Origin: an uncultured Clostridia bacterium
Lineage (GTDB): Bacteria; Bacillota; Clostridia; UBA1381; UMGS1253
DNA: 64,000 nucleotides
Assembly (NCBI GenBank): GCA_934457145.1
Contig: CAKSHP010000007.1
Span: 5,162 to 69,161, forward strand
Direction of reading: 5' to 3'
The position numbers were made by a program, and so were the translations under genes. This document shows, piece by piece, positions 28,343 through 39,248 of the stretch. The notes beneath the pieces are model-generated. The model did no database searches and was not told the origin of the DNA. It was given only the letters and a program-made list of their open reading frames with translations. Within the stretch, counting starts at the first letter, position 1. Each line of letters starts with the position of its first letter.

Positions 28343-29473
28343 TTAATTTTCAAAACGTTTTCCGCCTATAAACACATCTGTAAGCGAAAACTCTTTATCA
28401 ACTGCAATAAAATCTGCATCGCAGCCTTCAGCAATTTTGCCCTTGTTTTTCTCGTCAATCGCTTTTGCCGCGTTAAAGCTTGCCATTTTAACTGCATCCT
28501 GTTCGCAAATTCCCCATGAAATAAGGTTTTTAACACATTTAAATATAGGAGCTGTTCCTCCGCATATTGTGCCGTTTTTCAAAAGCGCAATTCCGTCTTT
28601 AACAATTATCTCACTGCCGCACTCGCTGTAAATTCCGTCAGGCAGTCCGGCCGCCATAACCGAATCGTTTATAACAATAAGCCTGTCTGCACCAAACATT
28701 TTATATGCCATCATAACAACCGTCTTATCAACATGAAGCCCGTCGCATATAAGCTCTGCCATAGCGCCGCTTTCAAATGCCGCCGCAATAAGGCTTAACT
28801 TTCTGTGATGAATTGAAGGCATCGCGTTAAAAAGATGCGTAACCTGTGTTGCACCGTTTTCAAACCCTTCTTGGCACTTTTCATAATCTGTTCCGCCATG
28901 CCCCAAAGATATTTTAACCTTGTCTTTATGCGTTTTAACAAACTCCATTGCTCCGTCAAGCTCGGGCGCAAGTGTCACAAGACGTATATTTCCTCCCGCC
29001 GCTTCATTTACTTCATCAAAATCAACTTCTTTCGGCGTACGAAGCCAGTCTGCTCTGTGAGCGCCTTTATAATCCGGGTTAAGATAAGGCCCCTCCATAT
29101 TTATTCCCAACAGGTTTGCGCCCTCTGTGCCCTTTTTCATGCTGTCGTTTATAAGCTTAACATAATGTATAAGGTCTTCTTTTAAATAGGTTGCCGGTGC
29201 CATAAGATACGACGTTGTGCCCGTTGATGCAAGATATTTTCCTATTTCGTTATACGCTTTGTGGTTTGCATTTGTAACATTATATCCGACCGCACCGTGC
29301 ATATGTATGTTTATCAGTCCGGGAAGAATTTTTTTGCCGCTCATATCACAAACATCTTCGCCGCAAATATCAATATCTTTTCCTATTTTTTCAAACTTCC
29401 CGTCTTTTATATAAACATCAGCGGCCTCATATTCAAACTTGTCATTTAAAATAACCGCATTTTTCAAAAGCAT
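28343..29473 (-). CDS. nagA: N-acetylglucosamine-6-phosphate deacetylase
   Basis: 376 aa amidohydrolase; GLINIHMHG, HLFNAM and DADF motifs typical of NagA. Confidence 0.85.
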   Translation of the reverse strand: MLLKNAVILNDKFEYEAADVYIKDGKFEKIGKDIDICGEDVCDMSGKKILPGLINIHMHGAVGYNVTNANHKAYNEIGKYLASTGTTSYLMAPATYLKEDLIHYVKLINDSMKKGTEGANLLGINMEGPYLNPDYKGAHRADWLRTPKEVDFDEVNEAAGGNIRLVTLAPELDGAMEFVKTHKDKVKISLGHGGTDYEKCQEGFENGATQVTHLFNAMPSIHHRKLSLIAAAFESGAMAELICDGLHVDKTVVMMAYKMFGADRLIVINDSVMAAGLPDGIYSECGSEIIVKDGIALLKNGTICGGTAPIFKCVKNLISWGICEQDAVKMASFNAAKAIDEKNKGKIAEGCDADFIAVDKEFSLTDVFIGGKRFEN

Positions 29474-29520
29474 TTTAAGTCATATCCTTTCTTTAATTAT
29501 AACTCTTATATCAGCATCTG

Positions 29521-30777
29521 TCAAACAGAACCTTTTCTGCATGCCACACAAATTCCCCAGCACACAAACTGCAGCGCAAAAATTGCCGCAATCGCCATCA
29601 TTGTAACAGACGTGTTATTCATTGTAATGCTGAAAATAACTATCGAAAGTATTTTCCCGAAATTAAAATAAATCTCTTTCACACTTGTCGTTTCCAAAGT
29701 TTTTTTGGCAAAAGCCGTGCCCATATCGGAAAGCACTCCGTAATATGTCAAATGCTGCGGAACATTTAACGCCGAAAGCAAAATCGCATTTACCGCCCCA
29801 AACACGAACACGCTCAAAACGCTTAGTCTGAAAACAAGCATAATCGCCGATGCAATTAAAATAACTATCGAAAACACCATCGCCGTATACGGATACTGCG
29901 CAATCTTAAATCTTGCAAATATAAAATTTGCCAAAACTCCGAGTGCCGCACACATTGCAACATACAGCCCTATAACGAGCATGCCCGCCGAAAGCCTGAC
30001 TAAAACAACCGGAATTAAAAACGCAACCGTAGCCTCCTTAAGCCCGCGAAACACATCAAAAAGCGAAACCGCAAAATATCTTTTATTGGTAAGCGATTTT
30101 ATCAAAACGCCCGCAAAATAGTTCTTTTTATTTTGCCCCCGCATTTTCGGCAGCATCGCGCATAAGAAAAAGCAAAAAACGCAAAAAAACGCACATAAGG
30201 CAAACACAATCGTGTATCCCACAACAGATCCGCCCATTATAACAGCGCCTGAAATAACCGGTAAAACAATTCCCGCCGCAACAGAAATTATGCTTTGAAA
30301 CATAATATACTGCTTTTTCGTTCCTCCGCTTATCATAACATCAACAAGCGAATTATAGCAAATATAAAAAAACGCAGTACTTATCCCGGACAGAAGCGCA
30401 AGAAGCGGAATATAATTTTGAATTTCTGCACGAAACGCAATCAAAACCGCATAAAACATCACGTGAAAAGCCGCGCCCATTGCCATACACACTCTGTATG
30501 TAAGTTTTTTTGCAATAATCGATATCACAAAACAAAACACAATCATGTTCACTGCCGAAAGCATATTATATTTCACAACTGCATATATTCCGTCGCTTAA
30601 AAGTATGTTTTTTTGCATTCCCCCGTATAAAAACGTATTCACAAAAACCGAAGAAAATGAAACCGCCGCAATCATACATGCCATAATCCCGAGCAAAATT
30701 CCCTGCTCACGCATCAGCAAACGGTTCGACAAGTACCTTGAAACCATCAGATTTATTCTGTTAAAAAATCCGTTCAT
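29521..30777 (-). CDS. MFS-type transporter
   Basis: About 12 hydrophobic segments. Start placed at the ATG at 30777 (MNGFFNR), behind a strong GGGGAGG RBS. Confidence 0.7.
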   Translation of the reverse strand: MNGFFNRINLMVSRYLSNRLLMREQGILLGIMACMIAAVSFSSVFVNTFLYGGMQKNILLSDGIYAVVKYNMLSAVNMIVFCFVISIIAKKLTYRVCMAMGAAFHVMFYAVLIAFRAEIQNYIPLLALLSGISTAFFYICYNSLVDVMISGGTKKQYIMFQSIISVAAGIVLPVISGAVIMGGSVVGYTIVFALCAFFCVFCFFLCAMLPKMRGQNKKNYFAGVLIKSLTNKRYFAVSLFDVFRGLKEATVAFLIPVVLVRLSAGMLVIGLYVAMCAALGVLANFIFARFKIAQYPYTAMVFSIVILIASAIMLVFRLSVLSVFVFGAVNAILLSALNVPQHLTYYGVLSDMGTAFAKKTLETTSVKEIYFNFGKILSIVIFSITMNNTSVTMMAIAAIFALQFVCWGICVACRKGSV

Positions 30778-30887
30778 ATTAACCTCCCCGGGAGTGTAAA
30801 ACCCAAGCCGGACAATTAGCCGTAAAGCGCACTGCAACATTTTTTGCACTGCGCTTTTGCCCTCTTGTTTTCACATCTCGGTACTGA

Positions 30888-31085
30888 TTATTTATTTTTC
30901 AGATACTCATTCATTTTTTCTACCATAGCGTCACAGTCTGCACCGTGTACCGCGCAGGCGTCTTCCAAAGATTCGCCTATAGCCGAAGGACAATGCAGAC
31001 AGTGCATTCCCATATTCATTAAAAACTCGCCGAGTCCCTCGTCAATTTCAAGTATTTGTGCAATAATCATGTCTTTTGTAATCAT
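30888..31085 (-). CDS. DUF1858-type small redox-disulfide protein
   Basis: MITKDMIIAQILEID...GMHCLHCP is the hybrid-cluster-protein-associated redox disulfide domain pattern. Confidence 0.6.
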   Translation of the reverse strand: MITKDMIIAQILEIDEGLGEFLMNMGMHCLHCPSAIGESLEDACAVHGADCDAMVEKMNEYLKNK

Positions 31086-31134
31086 AGTTAATCCCATCCT
31101 TTTTTTATTTTTAAATTCTTTTTTAAGAATTTAT

Positions 31135-33168
31135 TTACTGTTCATCTTTTTTTTCATCTGTGTCATTATCTTTGGTGTCTGTCGAAAAGCTGTCTGCCGG
31201 CATCTGATTTAAACTCTCCGAAGAATCTTTTCCATCAGCATAAACCGAAAATTCCGGTCTTTTTGCTTCATTTTCCTGCTGAATTCTGCGCACCTCAGCT
31301 GCCTCTTCTTCTCTTTTTTCGTTTTCTTTTCTTGTTTTAACAAGCTGTTTATATTCGTCTATCTTATTATTAAAAATCGCATCGAATTCCTCGCCCGTAA
31401 TCTTTTCGTTTTCCATAAGATACTCGGCAACCCGATTTAAAATATCAATGTTTTCCGACAAAATCTTTTCACACCGGTCAAAACATTCGCACACAATGCG
31501 CTTTATCTCGCTGTCAATCTGCGCAGCAACGTTTTCGCTGTAGTTTCTTGTGTGACCGAAGTCTTTTCCCAAAAACACCTCCTGCGACGAACCGTATTTT
31601 ATAGGCCCTATAACGTCGCTCATACCATACTGCGTAACCATAGATCTTGCAATTTCGGTTGCGCGCTCAATATCGTTTGAAGCGCCCGTGCTTATATCGT
31701 TTAGCGTCAGCTTTTCAGCAACTCTTCCGCCCAAAAGCGCCACAATATCTTCATTCATGCGCTTTTTAGACGAATACCATATATCCTCTTTTGGAATGTG
31801 CATCGTATAGCCTCCCGCCATACCTCTCGGTATAATGGAAACCTCATGCACCGGATCCTGAGTCGGCAAAAATCTGCTGACAACCGCATGCCCCGCCTCG
31901 TGGAAAGCCGTGAGTTTCTTTTCGTGTTCGCTGATTTTTCTTGACTTTTTCTCCGTTCCGACCGCAACCTTCATCATTGCGTCCTGCAAATCCTTGCTGT
32001 GAATTTGTTTTTCGTTGTTTCTTGCAGCTAAAAGCGCCGCTTCATTCATAAGGTTTGCCAAATCCGCACCTGTAAATCCGGCAGTTGATTTTGCAACCAC
32101 CGACAAATCAACATCGCTTGCAAGCGGTTTTCCCTTTGAATGTACTTTTAAAATTTCTTCTCTGCCTTTTGCATCCGGTGCACCGACAACCACCTGTCTG
32201 TCAAATCTGCCCGGTCTTAAAAGCGCAGGATCCAATATATCCGGACGGTTTGTTGCCGCAATAACAATCACTCCCATGTTATCGCCGAATCCGTCCATCT
32301 CAACAAGCAATTGATTTAGAGTCTGCTCCCTTTCATCATGTCCGCCGCCAAGACCCGCGCCGCGGTGTCTGCCGACAGCGTCAATCTCATCTATAAACAC
32401 AATGCTCGGACTGTTCTTTTTTGCCTGTTCGAAAAGATCTCTTACTCTCGACGCTCCGACTCCGACAAACATCTCAACAAAGTCCGAACCGCTTATGCTG
32501 AAAAACGGCACCTTTGCCTCACCCGCAACAGCCTTTGCCAAAAGTGTTTTACCTGTTCCCGGAGGGCCTACCAACAGCACACCTCTCGGAATTCTTGCGC
32601 CAAGCTCCGTAAACTTTTTCGGATTTTTCAAAAATTCCACAATTTCAAAAAGCTCGGCTTTTTCCTCGTCCGCTCCGGCAACATCGGAAAACAAAACCTT
32701 GTTTTTATTATCCGAAAGCATTTTTGCCTTGCTTTTCCCGAAGCTCATTGCCTTTCCTCCGCCCTGAGCGCGGTTCATAAAGAAGAAATAAAGGAATATC
32801 AAAAGAAGCATACTTCCGAGCATCGGAAGAATTGAAACCCACCACGGCTGTGTCTCGGGAGCTTTCGTGTCATACTTAAGATCTCCTTTTTCAACCTGAT
32901 TTCTTATATCCTCTCCCAAATCCTCGTTAAAAACAACCATGTTAGGTATTTCAACTTCAATTGTACTATCGGGATTTTTAAGCTGCGCCTGCGCAGTATT
33001 TCCGGTAATTGTAAGACTTTTTACGTTTTCGTTTTTGATTTCTTTTTGCAAATCCGAATATATCTTTGCAGTTGTCACCGATTTCGGCGTTGTAAACATA
33101 TATATCATTGCAATTATTGCGCAAAAAACAGCAACGTAAAATACAATTTTGCTCAACTTGCCCTTCAA
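31135..33168 (-). CDS. ftsH: ATP-dependent zinc metalloprotease FtsH
   Basis: GPPGTGKT Walker A, DEIDA Walker B, HEAGHA zinc site, N-terminal TM segments. Confidence 0.97.
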   Translation of the reverse strand: MKGKLSKIVFYVAVFCAIIAMIYMFTTPKSVTTAKIYSDLQKEIKNENVKSLTITGNTAQAQLKNPDSTIEVEIPNMVVFNEDLGEDIRNQVEKGDLKYDTKAPETQPWWVSILPMLGSMLLLIFLYFFFMNRAQGGGKAMSFGKSKAKMLSDNKNKVLFSDVAGADEEKAELFEIVEFLKNPKKFTELGARIPRGVLLVGPPGTGKTLLAKAVAGEAKVPFFSISGSDFVEMFVGVGASRVRDLFEQAKKNSPSIVFIDEIDAVGRHRGAGLGGGHDEREQTLNQLLVEMDGFGDNMGVIVIAATNRPDILDPALLRPGRFDRQVVVGAPDAKGREEILKVHSKGKPLASDVDLSVVAKSTAGFTGADLANLMNEAALLAARNNEKQIHSKDLQDAMMKVAVGTEKKSRKISEHEKKLTAFHEAGHAVVSRFLPTQDPVHEVSIIPRGMAGGYTMHIPKEDIWYSSKKRMNEDIVALLGGRVAEKLTLNDISTGASNDIERATEIARSMVTQYGMSDVIGPIKYGSSQEVFLGKDFGHTRNYSENVAAQIDSEIKRIVCECFDRCEKILSENIDILNRVAEYLMENEKITGEEFDAIFNNKIDEYKQLVKTRKENEKREEEAAEVRRIQQENEAKRPEFSVYADGKDSSESLNQMPADSFSTDTKDNDTDEKKDEQ

Positions 33169-33274
33169 AAAATATCAGCTCCTTCAATTAAAAGGTCATA
33201 AGATGTCTGCCGATTTTCAATCCGCTCCACCGTCTGCCTTGCTATGAAACAAATCATTCGCTTCATGAAAACAT

Positions 33275-33303
33275 ATATTATCATAAACGCTGTTTAAATA
33301 CAA
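33275..33303 (-). promoter_or_regulatory. Putative sigma-A promoter for ftsH
   Basis: The minus strand reads TTGTAT, a 17-nt spacer, then TAATAT, about 100 nt upstream of the ftsH start. Confidence 0.4.
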
Positions 33304-33338
33304 TCATTTACCAAAATGTTTCACAAAATATTCATAAT

Positions 33339-33890
33339 TTATTCTTCATTTTCATAAACCGAACGCTTAAGTATACCAACATACGGAAGATTTCTGTGTT
33401 TCTGAGCATAATCAAGACCGTAACCAATAACAAATTCATCGGGTATTTCAAAGCCTGTGTATTTAACATCCACATCTGCTTTTCTTCTCGACGGTTTATC
33501 CAAAATAGTGCAAATTTCTAAGGATTTCGGATTTCTTTCTCTTAACATATCGGTTATGTACTTTAATGTCAGACCGCTGTCTATAATATCTTCAACAAGC
33601 AGCACATTTCTTCCCTCGATTGAGCAGTCCAGATCCTTTTCAATCTTTACAACTCCCGAAGACTTTGAAGAAGCTCCGTAGCTTGAAGCACACATAAACT
33701 CAATCTCAACCGGCAGGTCAAGCGCGCGCATTAAATCAACCGCAAACATAACTCCGCCTTTTAAAATCGTAACCACAATAAGGCTTTCGCCGGCATAATC
33801 CGCATTAATCTGAGCCGCAAGCTCTTTTATGCGTTTTTTTATCTGCTCCTCCGAAATTAAAACTCTTTCCACATCCTCATGAATATTCAT
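33339..33890 (-). CDS. hpt: Hypoxanthine phosphoribosyltransferase
   Basis: 183 aa; LLVEDIIDSGLTL PRPP-binding motif. Conserved tilS-hpt-ftsH arrangement. Confidence 0.92.
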   Translation of the reverse strand: MNIHEDVERVLISEEQIKKRIKELAAQINADYAGESLIVVTILKGGVMFAVDLMRALDLPVEIEFMCASSYGASSKSSGVVKIEKDLDCSIEGRNVLLVEDIIDSGLTLKYITDMLRERNPKSLEICTILDKPSRRKADVDVKYTGFEIPDEFVIGYGLDYAQKHRNLPYVGILKRSVYENEE

Positions 33891-35280
33891 CTTTGTCCTC
33901 CCCGGTATAACTTATTTGAAGCACCTTTTCGGTCTTCTGGTTTATTTTATATTTATCGCAGCGTCTCGCCGCGCAAACCCACAAAATTTCTTCTTCGCAT
34001 TCCATAACGGCAATTTTGTCTCTTTTTTCAAGCGGAATTTTTAAATCTATAAACAAATCCTTAAGCTTTTTTCTTCCCGCCTCGGTGTGTATAAAATCTC
34101 CGTTTTTTCTTGAGCGAAACAAAATCTTTTTCCCCTCTAAAAATCCGTAATCAAAATACGCGGAATTTTTCATTTTCTTTGCCGGCATAGCGTCTAAAAG
34201 CTTTGCCGAAATTGTCATTTGACATTCTTTTATATAAAGCGGCTTATCTATGCATAATTCATATTCAAAGCTTTCTTTTTTTTCTTTTTCGTTTTGCTTT
34301 TCAAAATAAATTCTTCCGCCGCGCAAACATGCGTCTATTCCGTTTTTCACGTTCACACTGCCGCTTTTTAAACCGTCAACCCTTTTTACCGCGTCAATAC
34401 CTATATCGCACATAGTTTTGCACGCTTCGCCCGCCGCTTTTCGGATTATACGAAAACGCAGCGACTTATGCAAATGCCCAAGCTCTTTTTTTTCAATAAA
34501 GGTTTTGTCTCCATCTTTAAATATGCACTGTTTTGTATGCTTTAATACTTCATTTTCTATAAAGTCGTTGTCGTTTTTTATGCTTTCGGCGCTTTTTGTA
34601 ATTGTTTTTACAAAATTCGGATTAAGGCTTTTTTCAATATATTTTATAAGCTCCAGACGAATTTTGTTTCTTGTGCAGTCCGCTTTTAAATTTGTGCTGT
34701 CTGTAACAAACTTTTGTCTCGATTCTTTTAAATACGTTAAAATTTCCTCTTTATCCATACACAAAATCGGGCGCACTATAAAAATGTTTTCTTCTTCTCT
34801 TTTCGGCTCTATTCCGCAAAGCCCCAAAAGTCCGCTGCCCCGGATATAGTTTCCTATCATCGTTTCGGCATTGTCGTTTTTGTTATGAGCGGTTGCAAGC
34901 GTGTCTGCGTTATACTTTTTGCAAACACTTTTTAAAAACTCATATCTGACCTCTCTTGCGGCAAGCTCTGTGCTTTGCTTTTTTTCTTTTGCAATTTTTA
35001 AAACGTCAAATTTTCCAATCTCCAAAGGTATCTGCATTTTTTGACACAAATCTTTGCAAAACCGTTCGTCCCCGTCTGCCTCGCCGGGCCGTATCATATG
35101 ATTAACATGACACGCCACAATATCATACTTTTTAATACTGTAAAGCGCATAAAGCAAACAAACCGAATCCGAACCGCCCGACAGCGCCGCAATCACTCTG
35201 CCCCCCGGCTTTATAAGATTGTTTTCATCTATAAATGAAGCCATCTTTTTTTCAAAAGCTTCTTTAAACGACTGTCTCAC
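33877..35280 (-). CDS. tilS: tRNA(Ile)-lysidine synthetase
   Basis: ALSGGSDS PP-loop motif; 467 aa; overlaps hpt by 14 nt. Confidence 0.9.
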   Translation of the reverse strand: MRQSFKEAFEKKMASFIDENNLIKPGGRVIAALSGGSDSVCLLYALYSIKKYDIVACHVNHMIRPGEADGDERFCKDLCQKMQIPLEIGKFDVLKIAKEKKQSTELAAREVRYEFLKSVCKKYNADTLATAHNKNDNAETMIGNYIRGSGLLGLCGIEPKREEENIFIVRPILCMDKEEILTYLKESRQKFVTDSTNLKADCTRNKIRLELIKYIEKSLNPNFVKTITKSAESIKNDNDFIENEVLKHTKQCIFKDGDKTFIEKKELGHLHKSLRFRIIRKAAGEACKTMCDIGIDAVKRVDGLKSGSVNVKNGIDACLRGGRIYFEKQNEKEKKESFEYELCIDKPLYIKECQMTISAKLLDAMPAKKMKNSAYFDYGFLEGKKILFRSRKNGDFIHTEAGRKKLKDLFIDLKIPLEKRDKIAVMECEEEILWVCAARRCDKYKINQKTEKVLQISYTGEDKDEYS

Positions 35281-35309
35281 GCTAACCTTCCTTTTTTACC
35301 AAACACATC

Positions 35310-36662
35310 TTACTGCTCTTCATCAAACTGCTTTTCCAAATGCATAAATTTAGTGTGCGAACCGTCCCACCAAAGCTTAATCGTTCCGGTTTCGCCGTTT
35401 CTGTGTTTAGCTATTATACATTCGGCAATGTTTTTGTCCTGACTGTCCGGATTATAATATTCATCTCTGTATAAAAAGATTACTATATCGGCATCCTGCT
35501 CAATTGCGCCCGACTCTCTTAAGTCCGAAAGCATTGGTCTTTTGTTTGTTCTCGACTCCGGTCCTCGCGAAAGCTGCGAAAGCGTTATAATCGGTATGTC
35601 AAGCTCTTTTGCTAAAATTTTAAGCGACCTTGAAATATCGGCAATCTCGTTTTGTCTGTTTCCGCTGTCGCCGCGGGAATTTCCCTGCATAAGCTGCAAA
35701 TAGTCAATCACAACCAAACCGAGGTTATGTCTTTGCTTAAGACGGCGGCACTTTGCCCTTATTTCCGCCACGCTCACAGCCGATGAATCGTCTATAAAAA
35801 TCGGCGCCTTTTCTATCTGTGAAAGATTTTCGCCTATTCTTATCCAGTCGTCGGCGTCAAGACTGCCCTCTTTAAGCTTTGTTCCGCTGACCATTGCCTC
35901 GCCGCATATAATTCTGTTTGCAAGCTGTTCTCTGCTCATTTCAAGGTTAAAGATAGCGGTTGTAACGCCGTTTCTGATTGCTGCATTCTGCGCAATATTT
36001 AGCGCAAAACTCGTTTTGCCCATTGCCGGTCTTGCCGCTATAAGTATAAGATCGCTCCTTTGCAGTCCCGATGTCATCTGATCAAGATAACCAAACCCCG
36101 TCGGCACGCCCGACACCTTGCCTTTTTTCGAGTTCATCTCCTGCATCATGTTAAAGCTGTCGCCGAGAACCTCGCGTATGTGCACAATGCCGTTTGAGTC
36201 CTTGTTTTGCAAAATATCAAATATCAGCTTTTCCGACTGTTCCAGCGCCGCGTTAACGCCCTCCGGCGCATCATAGCCCAAATTCATAATCGAGCCGCCG
36301 GCATTAACCAGTCTGCGCTGCAAAGCCTTCTGGGCAACAATCTCGCAATACTGCGTTATGTTTGACGTTGTCGGCACTCCTGCCGCAACCGAGGAAAGAT
36401 AATTAACTCCCCCCACTGCCTCAAGGTTTCCCTCCTGCTTAAGACGGTCTGCAACAGTAACAATATCTATCGGCGAATTTGAGTTAAACAAAATCTGCAT
36501 CGCCGAAAATATCGTTTTATTATGTTCAAAATAAAAATCATTTTCGCTTATAATTTCACTGACAGCTGAAATACAGTTTGAATCAATGAGAATTCCGCCC
36601 AGCACCGATTGCTCCGCCTCAGCGCTGTACGGCATTGTTTTGCCCATTGCAGCCTCCATCAA
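35310..36662 (-). CDS. dnaB: Replicative DNA helicase DnaB
   Basis: PYSAEAEQSVLGGIL N-terminus and ARPAMGKTSFALN Walker A. The start could be one of several Met codons in MMEAAMGKTM. Confidence 0.95.
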   Translation of the reverse strand: MMEAAMGKTMPYSAEAEQSVLGGILIDSNCISAVSEIISENDFYFEHNKTIFSAMQILFNSNSPIDIVTVADRLKQEGNLEAVGGVNYLSSVAAGVPTTSNITQYCEIVAQKALQRRLVNAGGSIMNLGYDAPEGVNAALEQSEKLIFDILQNKDSNGIVHIREVLGDSFNMMQEMNSKKGKVSGVPTGFGYLDQMTSGLQRSDLILIAARPAMGKTSFALNIAQNAAIRNGVTTAIFNLEMSREQLANRIICGEAMVSGTKLKEGSLDADDWIRIGENLSQIEKAPIFIDDSSAVSVAEIRAKCRRLKQRHNLGLVVIDYLQLMQGNSRGDSGNRQNEIADISRSLKILAKELDIPIITLSQLSRGPESRTNKRPMLSDLRESGAIEQDADIVIFLYRDEYYNPDSQDKNIAECIIAKHRNGETGTIKLWWDGSHTKFMHLEKQFDEEQ

Positions 36663-36684
36663 AAAATCCCCTTCCGAAAACCGA

Positions 36685-37134
36685 TTATTCGGCCTCTATC
36701 ACAACATTTAATTTTCCCACAATTTCGGGATACACTTTAACATCTATCTTCGTTGTGCCGATATGCTTTAATCCGCCGTCCGGCAAAACAAATTTCTTTT
36801 TGTCTATCACAATATGCTGCTGCATTTTAAGCGCCTCGGCAACATCTTTGCTCGTTACCGAACCGAAAAGTCTGCCGCCTTCGCCTGCCTTTGCACTAAG
36901 CTTAACGCTGAGAGTCGAAAGCTTGTTTTTAAGAGCCGTTGCCTCTTCAATCTCTTTTCCCTTATGATATGCCGCAGCCTCTTTTTTGCCCTCAATTGAA
37001 TTTATATTTTCATTTGTTGCCGCAACCGCAAGCTTTCTCGGAAGCAAAAAATTTCTTGCGTATCCGTCGGAAACTTCTTTAATATCTCCTTTTTTGCCCT
37101 GACCTTTAACGTCTGCCTGTAATATTACTTTCAT
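36685..37134 (-). CDS. rplI: 50S ribosomal protein bL9
   Basis: [36 protein letters not shown]. Start placed at the second ATG for RBS spacing. Confidence 0.93.
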   Translation of the reverse strand: MKVILQADVKGQGKKGDIKEVSDGYARNFLLPRKLAVAATNENINSIEGKKEAAAYHKGKEIEEATALKNKLSTLSVKLSAKAGEGGRLFGSVTSKDVAEALKMQQHIVIDKKKFVLPDGGLKHIGTTKIDVKVYPEIVGKLNVVIEAE

Positions 37135-37205
37135 TTTCTTCATACCCTTTCCTGCCGCCTTATATCATCTGCACTGTCCGCCGCAGATTTCAACGCAGCT
37201 TTTTA

Positions 37206-39242
37206 TTATTTCTCGCCTTTTTCTTCAAAATACTCAAAAATCGCGTCGGTCAAACGTTTTTTAACCTCCTCAAACGATTCTCCGCGTATCTGCGCTCCGG
37301 CAACGGTCATATGTCCGCCGCCGCCTATTTTTTCAAGTATAACCTGAACGTTCACTTTCCCCCACGATCTTCCGCTAACGATATTTGCCTCGCCGTCCTT
37401 TGCAATAACAAACGATGCCTCAACGCCTTCAATCTCCAGAAGCTCGTCTGCCGCCTGTGCCACCACAAGCCCGACATCTTCAATAAATCTTTCGCACAGC
37501 GCAAGCGCAATTCCCTTGCGCACAAATTTTGCACTGCCGACAATCTCCGAGCGGTTGTTATAGTGCGCCATATCAATCTGAAACATCTTTTTAACTCTCA
37601 CAGTGTCCACACCGTGTTTTCTTAAAAACGATGCCGCGTCAAATGTGCGCACGCCTGTTTTAAACGTGAAGTTTTTTGTGTCCATGCAAATTCCGGCATA
37701 AAGCGCCTCTGCCTCCGCCTTTGTAAGCGACACTTTGTTGTCCATATACTGCAAAAGCTCCGTGACAAGCTCGCTTGCCGAAGAAGCATAAGGCTCATGA
37801 TAAACCAAAGAGCAGTTTTCTATAAAATCGGTGCTTCTTCTGTGATGATCTATAAGCACTATCTCGCCCGCCATTGAAAGAAGCTTTTCATTTTCCAAAA
37901 GCGCAGGTCTGTGAACGTCAACTATAATAAGCACAGTGTTTTTGTCAACATATTCTTCCGCCTCCTGCGGAGAAATAAACATGTTGTCATAGTCTTCCTC
38001 CGCTTTGATTGCGTCAATTGCCGCGTCAACGGACAAATTATGCTCTCCGCAAACTATCTTTACAGGCTTGTTGCGGTTTTTAACCCCTCTTGACAAACCG
38101 ACCGCCGAACCTATAGAGTCCAGATCGGGTCTTTTGTGCCCCATAATTACAACCTTTTCGTCGCTTATGATAAGCTGTCTTAAAGCCTGAGCAATAACTC
38201 TCGACTTAACTCTTGTGCTCTTTTCATGTTCGTTTGATTTTCCGCCGAAAAAGTTAAACTGATTTTCGTCTTTTATAACGGCCTGGTCGCCGCCGCGCCC
38301 GAGCGCCATATTTATCGCATTTCTCGAATATTCATCGTTAACGTTTATGTGGTCGCCGCCGGTTCCTATGCCAACGCTTATCGTTGCGGCTGTTTTGTTT
38401 CCGACATTTATCTCGCGCACCCAATCCAATATTTCAAACTTTTTTTCTATAAGCGCCGCTAAATTTTTATGCTCAAAAAACATAATATATCTGTCGCGCT
38501 CCGGCTTTTTTAAAACTCCGCCGACAGGCTTTACCCATTCGTTCACCTTCTGATCGATTTTCGATATAAGCCTCGGCTTTGCCCAATCCTCCATACCGTT
38601 TAAAACATCGTCATAGTTGTCAATCATAATAATTCCTATATCGATTTTTTCATCGGTATACTTTCTTTTTATTTCTCTCTGCTCCGTTTCGTCAAGCCAG
38701 TAAAGCAAAACAAGATACTCGCCGTCCTTTTTGGAGTCGGGCTTTATTATACTGCCCATAACTTTATACACTTTTTCATTATATGTTACGTCAATCGAAA
38801 TGCCCTCATGCATTCTCAAAACGTCGCTCCATTTTAAGTCCGTCACAATTTCGGATATATACTTTTCAAACAGAACCTGTCCGTCAACGACTTTTGCAAA
38901 TCCCTGATTGTACCACGACACCTTTCCGTCCAAATGCGCCATAACCATAGGGAACGGAAAGTTTACCAAAGACTCTTTCGTCGCCGTGTCCATATGCGTA
39001 TTAAGCTGCATTGCATAGTCTGAAACATCTGCTATATGTCTGCGCTTTTCCATTATTTTAAGCACAATCAGCCCGATAAACAAAACTGCCTCTGCAAGCG
39101 CTAAATATTTCAGGCTTATTTCATCGCCCGATAAAAAATATGTTATAACTGCACAGATTAATATCCCCCATGTTACAACGGATGTCATCTGATAAATCCT
39201 GTTTACAAACTGTTTGTTTTTCTTTTTTGCGTCAGAGTTCAT
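37206..39242 (-). CDS. gdpP: GdpP/YybT-type DHH-DHHA1 phosphodiesterase (c-di-AMP phosphodiesterase family)
   Basis: Two N-terminal TM helices, a central PAS/degenerate-GGDEF-like region, HKRPDLDSIGS, DHHRR and GGGH motifs. Conserved yybS-gdpP-rplI-dnaB context. Confidence 0.85.
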   Translation of the reverse strand: MNSDAKKKNKQFVNRIYQMTSVVTWGILICAVITYFLSGDEISLKYLALAEAVLFIGLIVLKIMEKRRHIADVSDYAMQLNTHMDTATKESLVNFPFPMVMAHLDGKVSWYNQGFAKVVDGQVLFEKYISEIVTDLKWSDVLRMHEGISIDVTYNEKVYKVMGSIIKPDSKKDGEYLVLLYWLDETEQREIKRKYTDEKIDIGIIMIDNYDDVLNGMEDWAKPRLISKIDQKVNEWVKPVGGVLKKPERDRYIMFFEHKNLAALIEKKFEILDWVREINVGNKTAATISVGIGTGGDHINVNDEYSRNAINMALGRGGDQAVIKDENQFNFFGGKSNEHEKSTRVKSRVIAQALRQLIISDEKVVIMGHKRPDLDSIGSAVGLSRGVKNRNKPVKIVCGEHNLSVDAAIDAIKAEEDYDNMFISPQEAEEYVDKNTVLIIVDVHRPALLENEKLLSMAGEIVLIDHHRRSTDFIENCSLVYHEPYASSASELVTELLQYMDNKVSLTKAEAEALYAGICMDTKNFTFKTGVRTFDAASFLRKHGVDTVRVKKMFQIDMAHYNNRSEIVGSAKFVRKGIALALCERFIEDVGLVVAQAADELLEIEGVEASFVIAKDGEANIVSGRSWGKVNVQVILEKIGGGGHMTVAGAQIRGESFEEVKKRLTDAIFEYFEEKGEK

Positions 39243-39248
39243 TTTTAT

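Noticed and set aside
33169-33274. 33-codon ORF ([33 protein letters not shown]) in the ftsH leader
   Set aside because: No RBS. It overlaps the ftsH RBS and start and has no recognisable family. Treated as chance.
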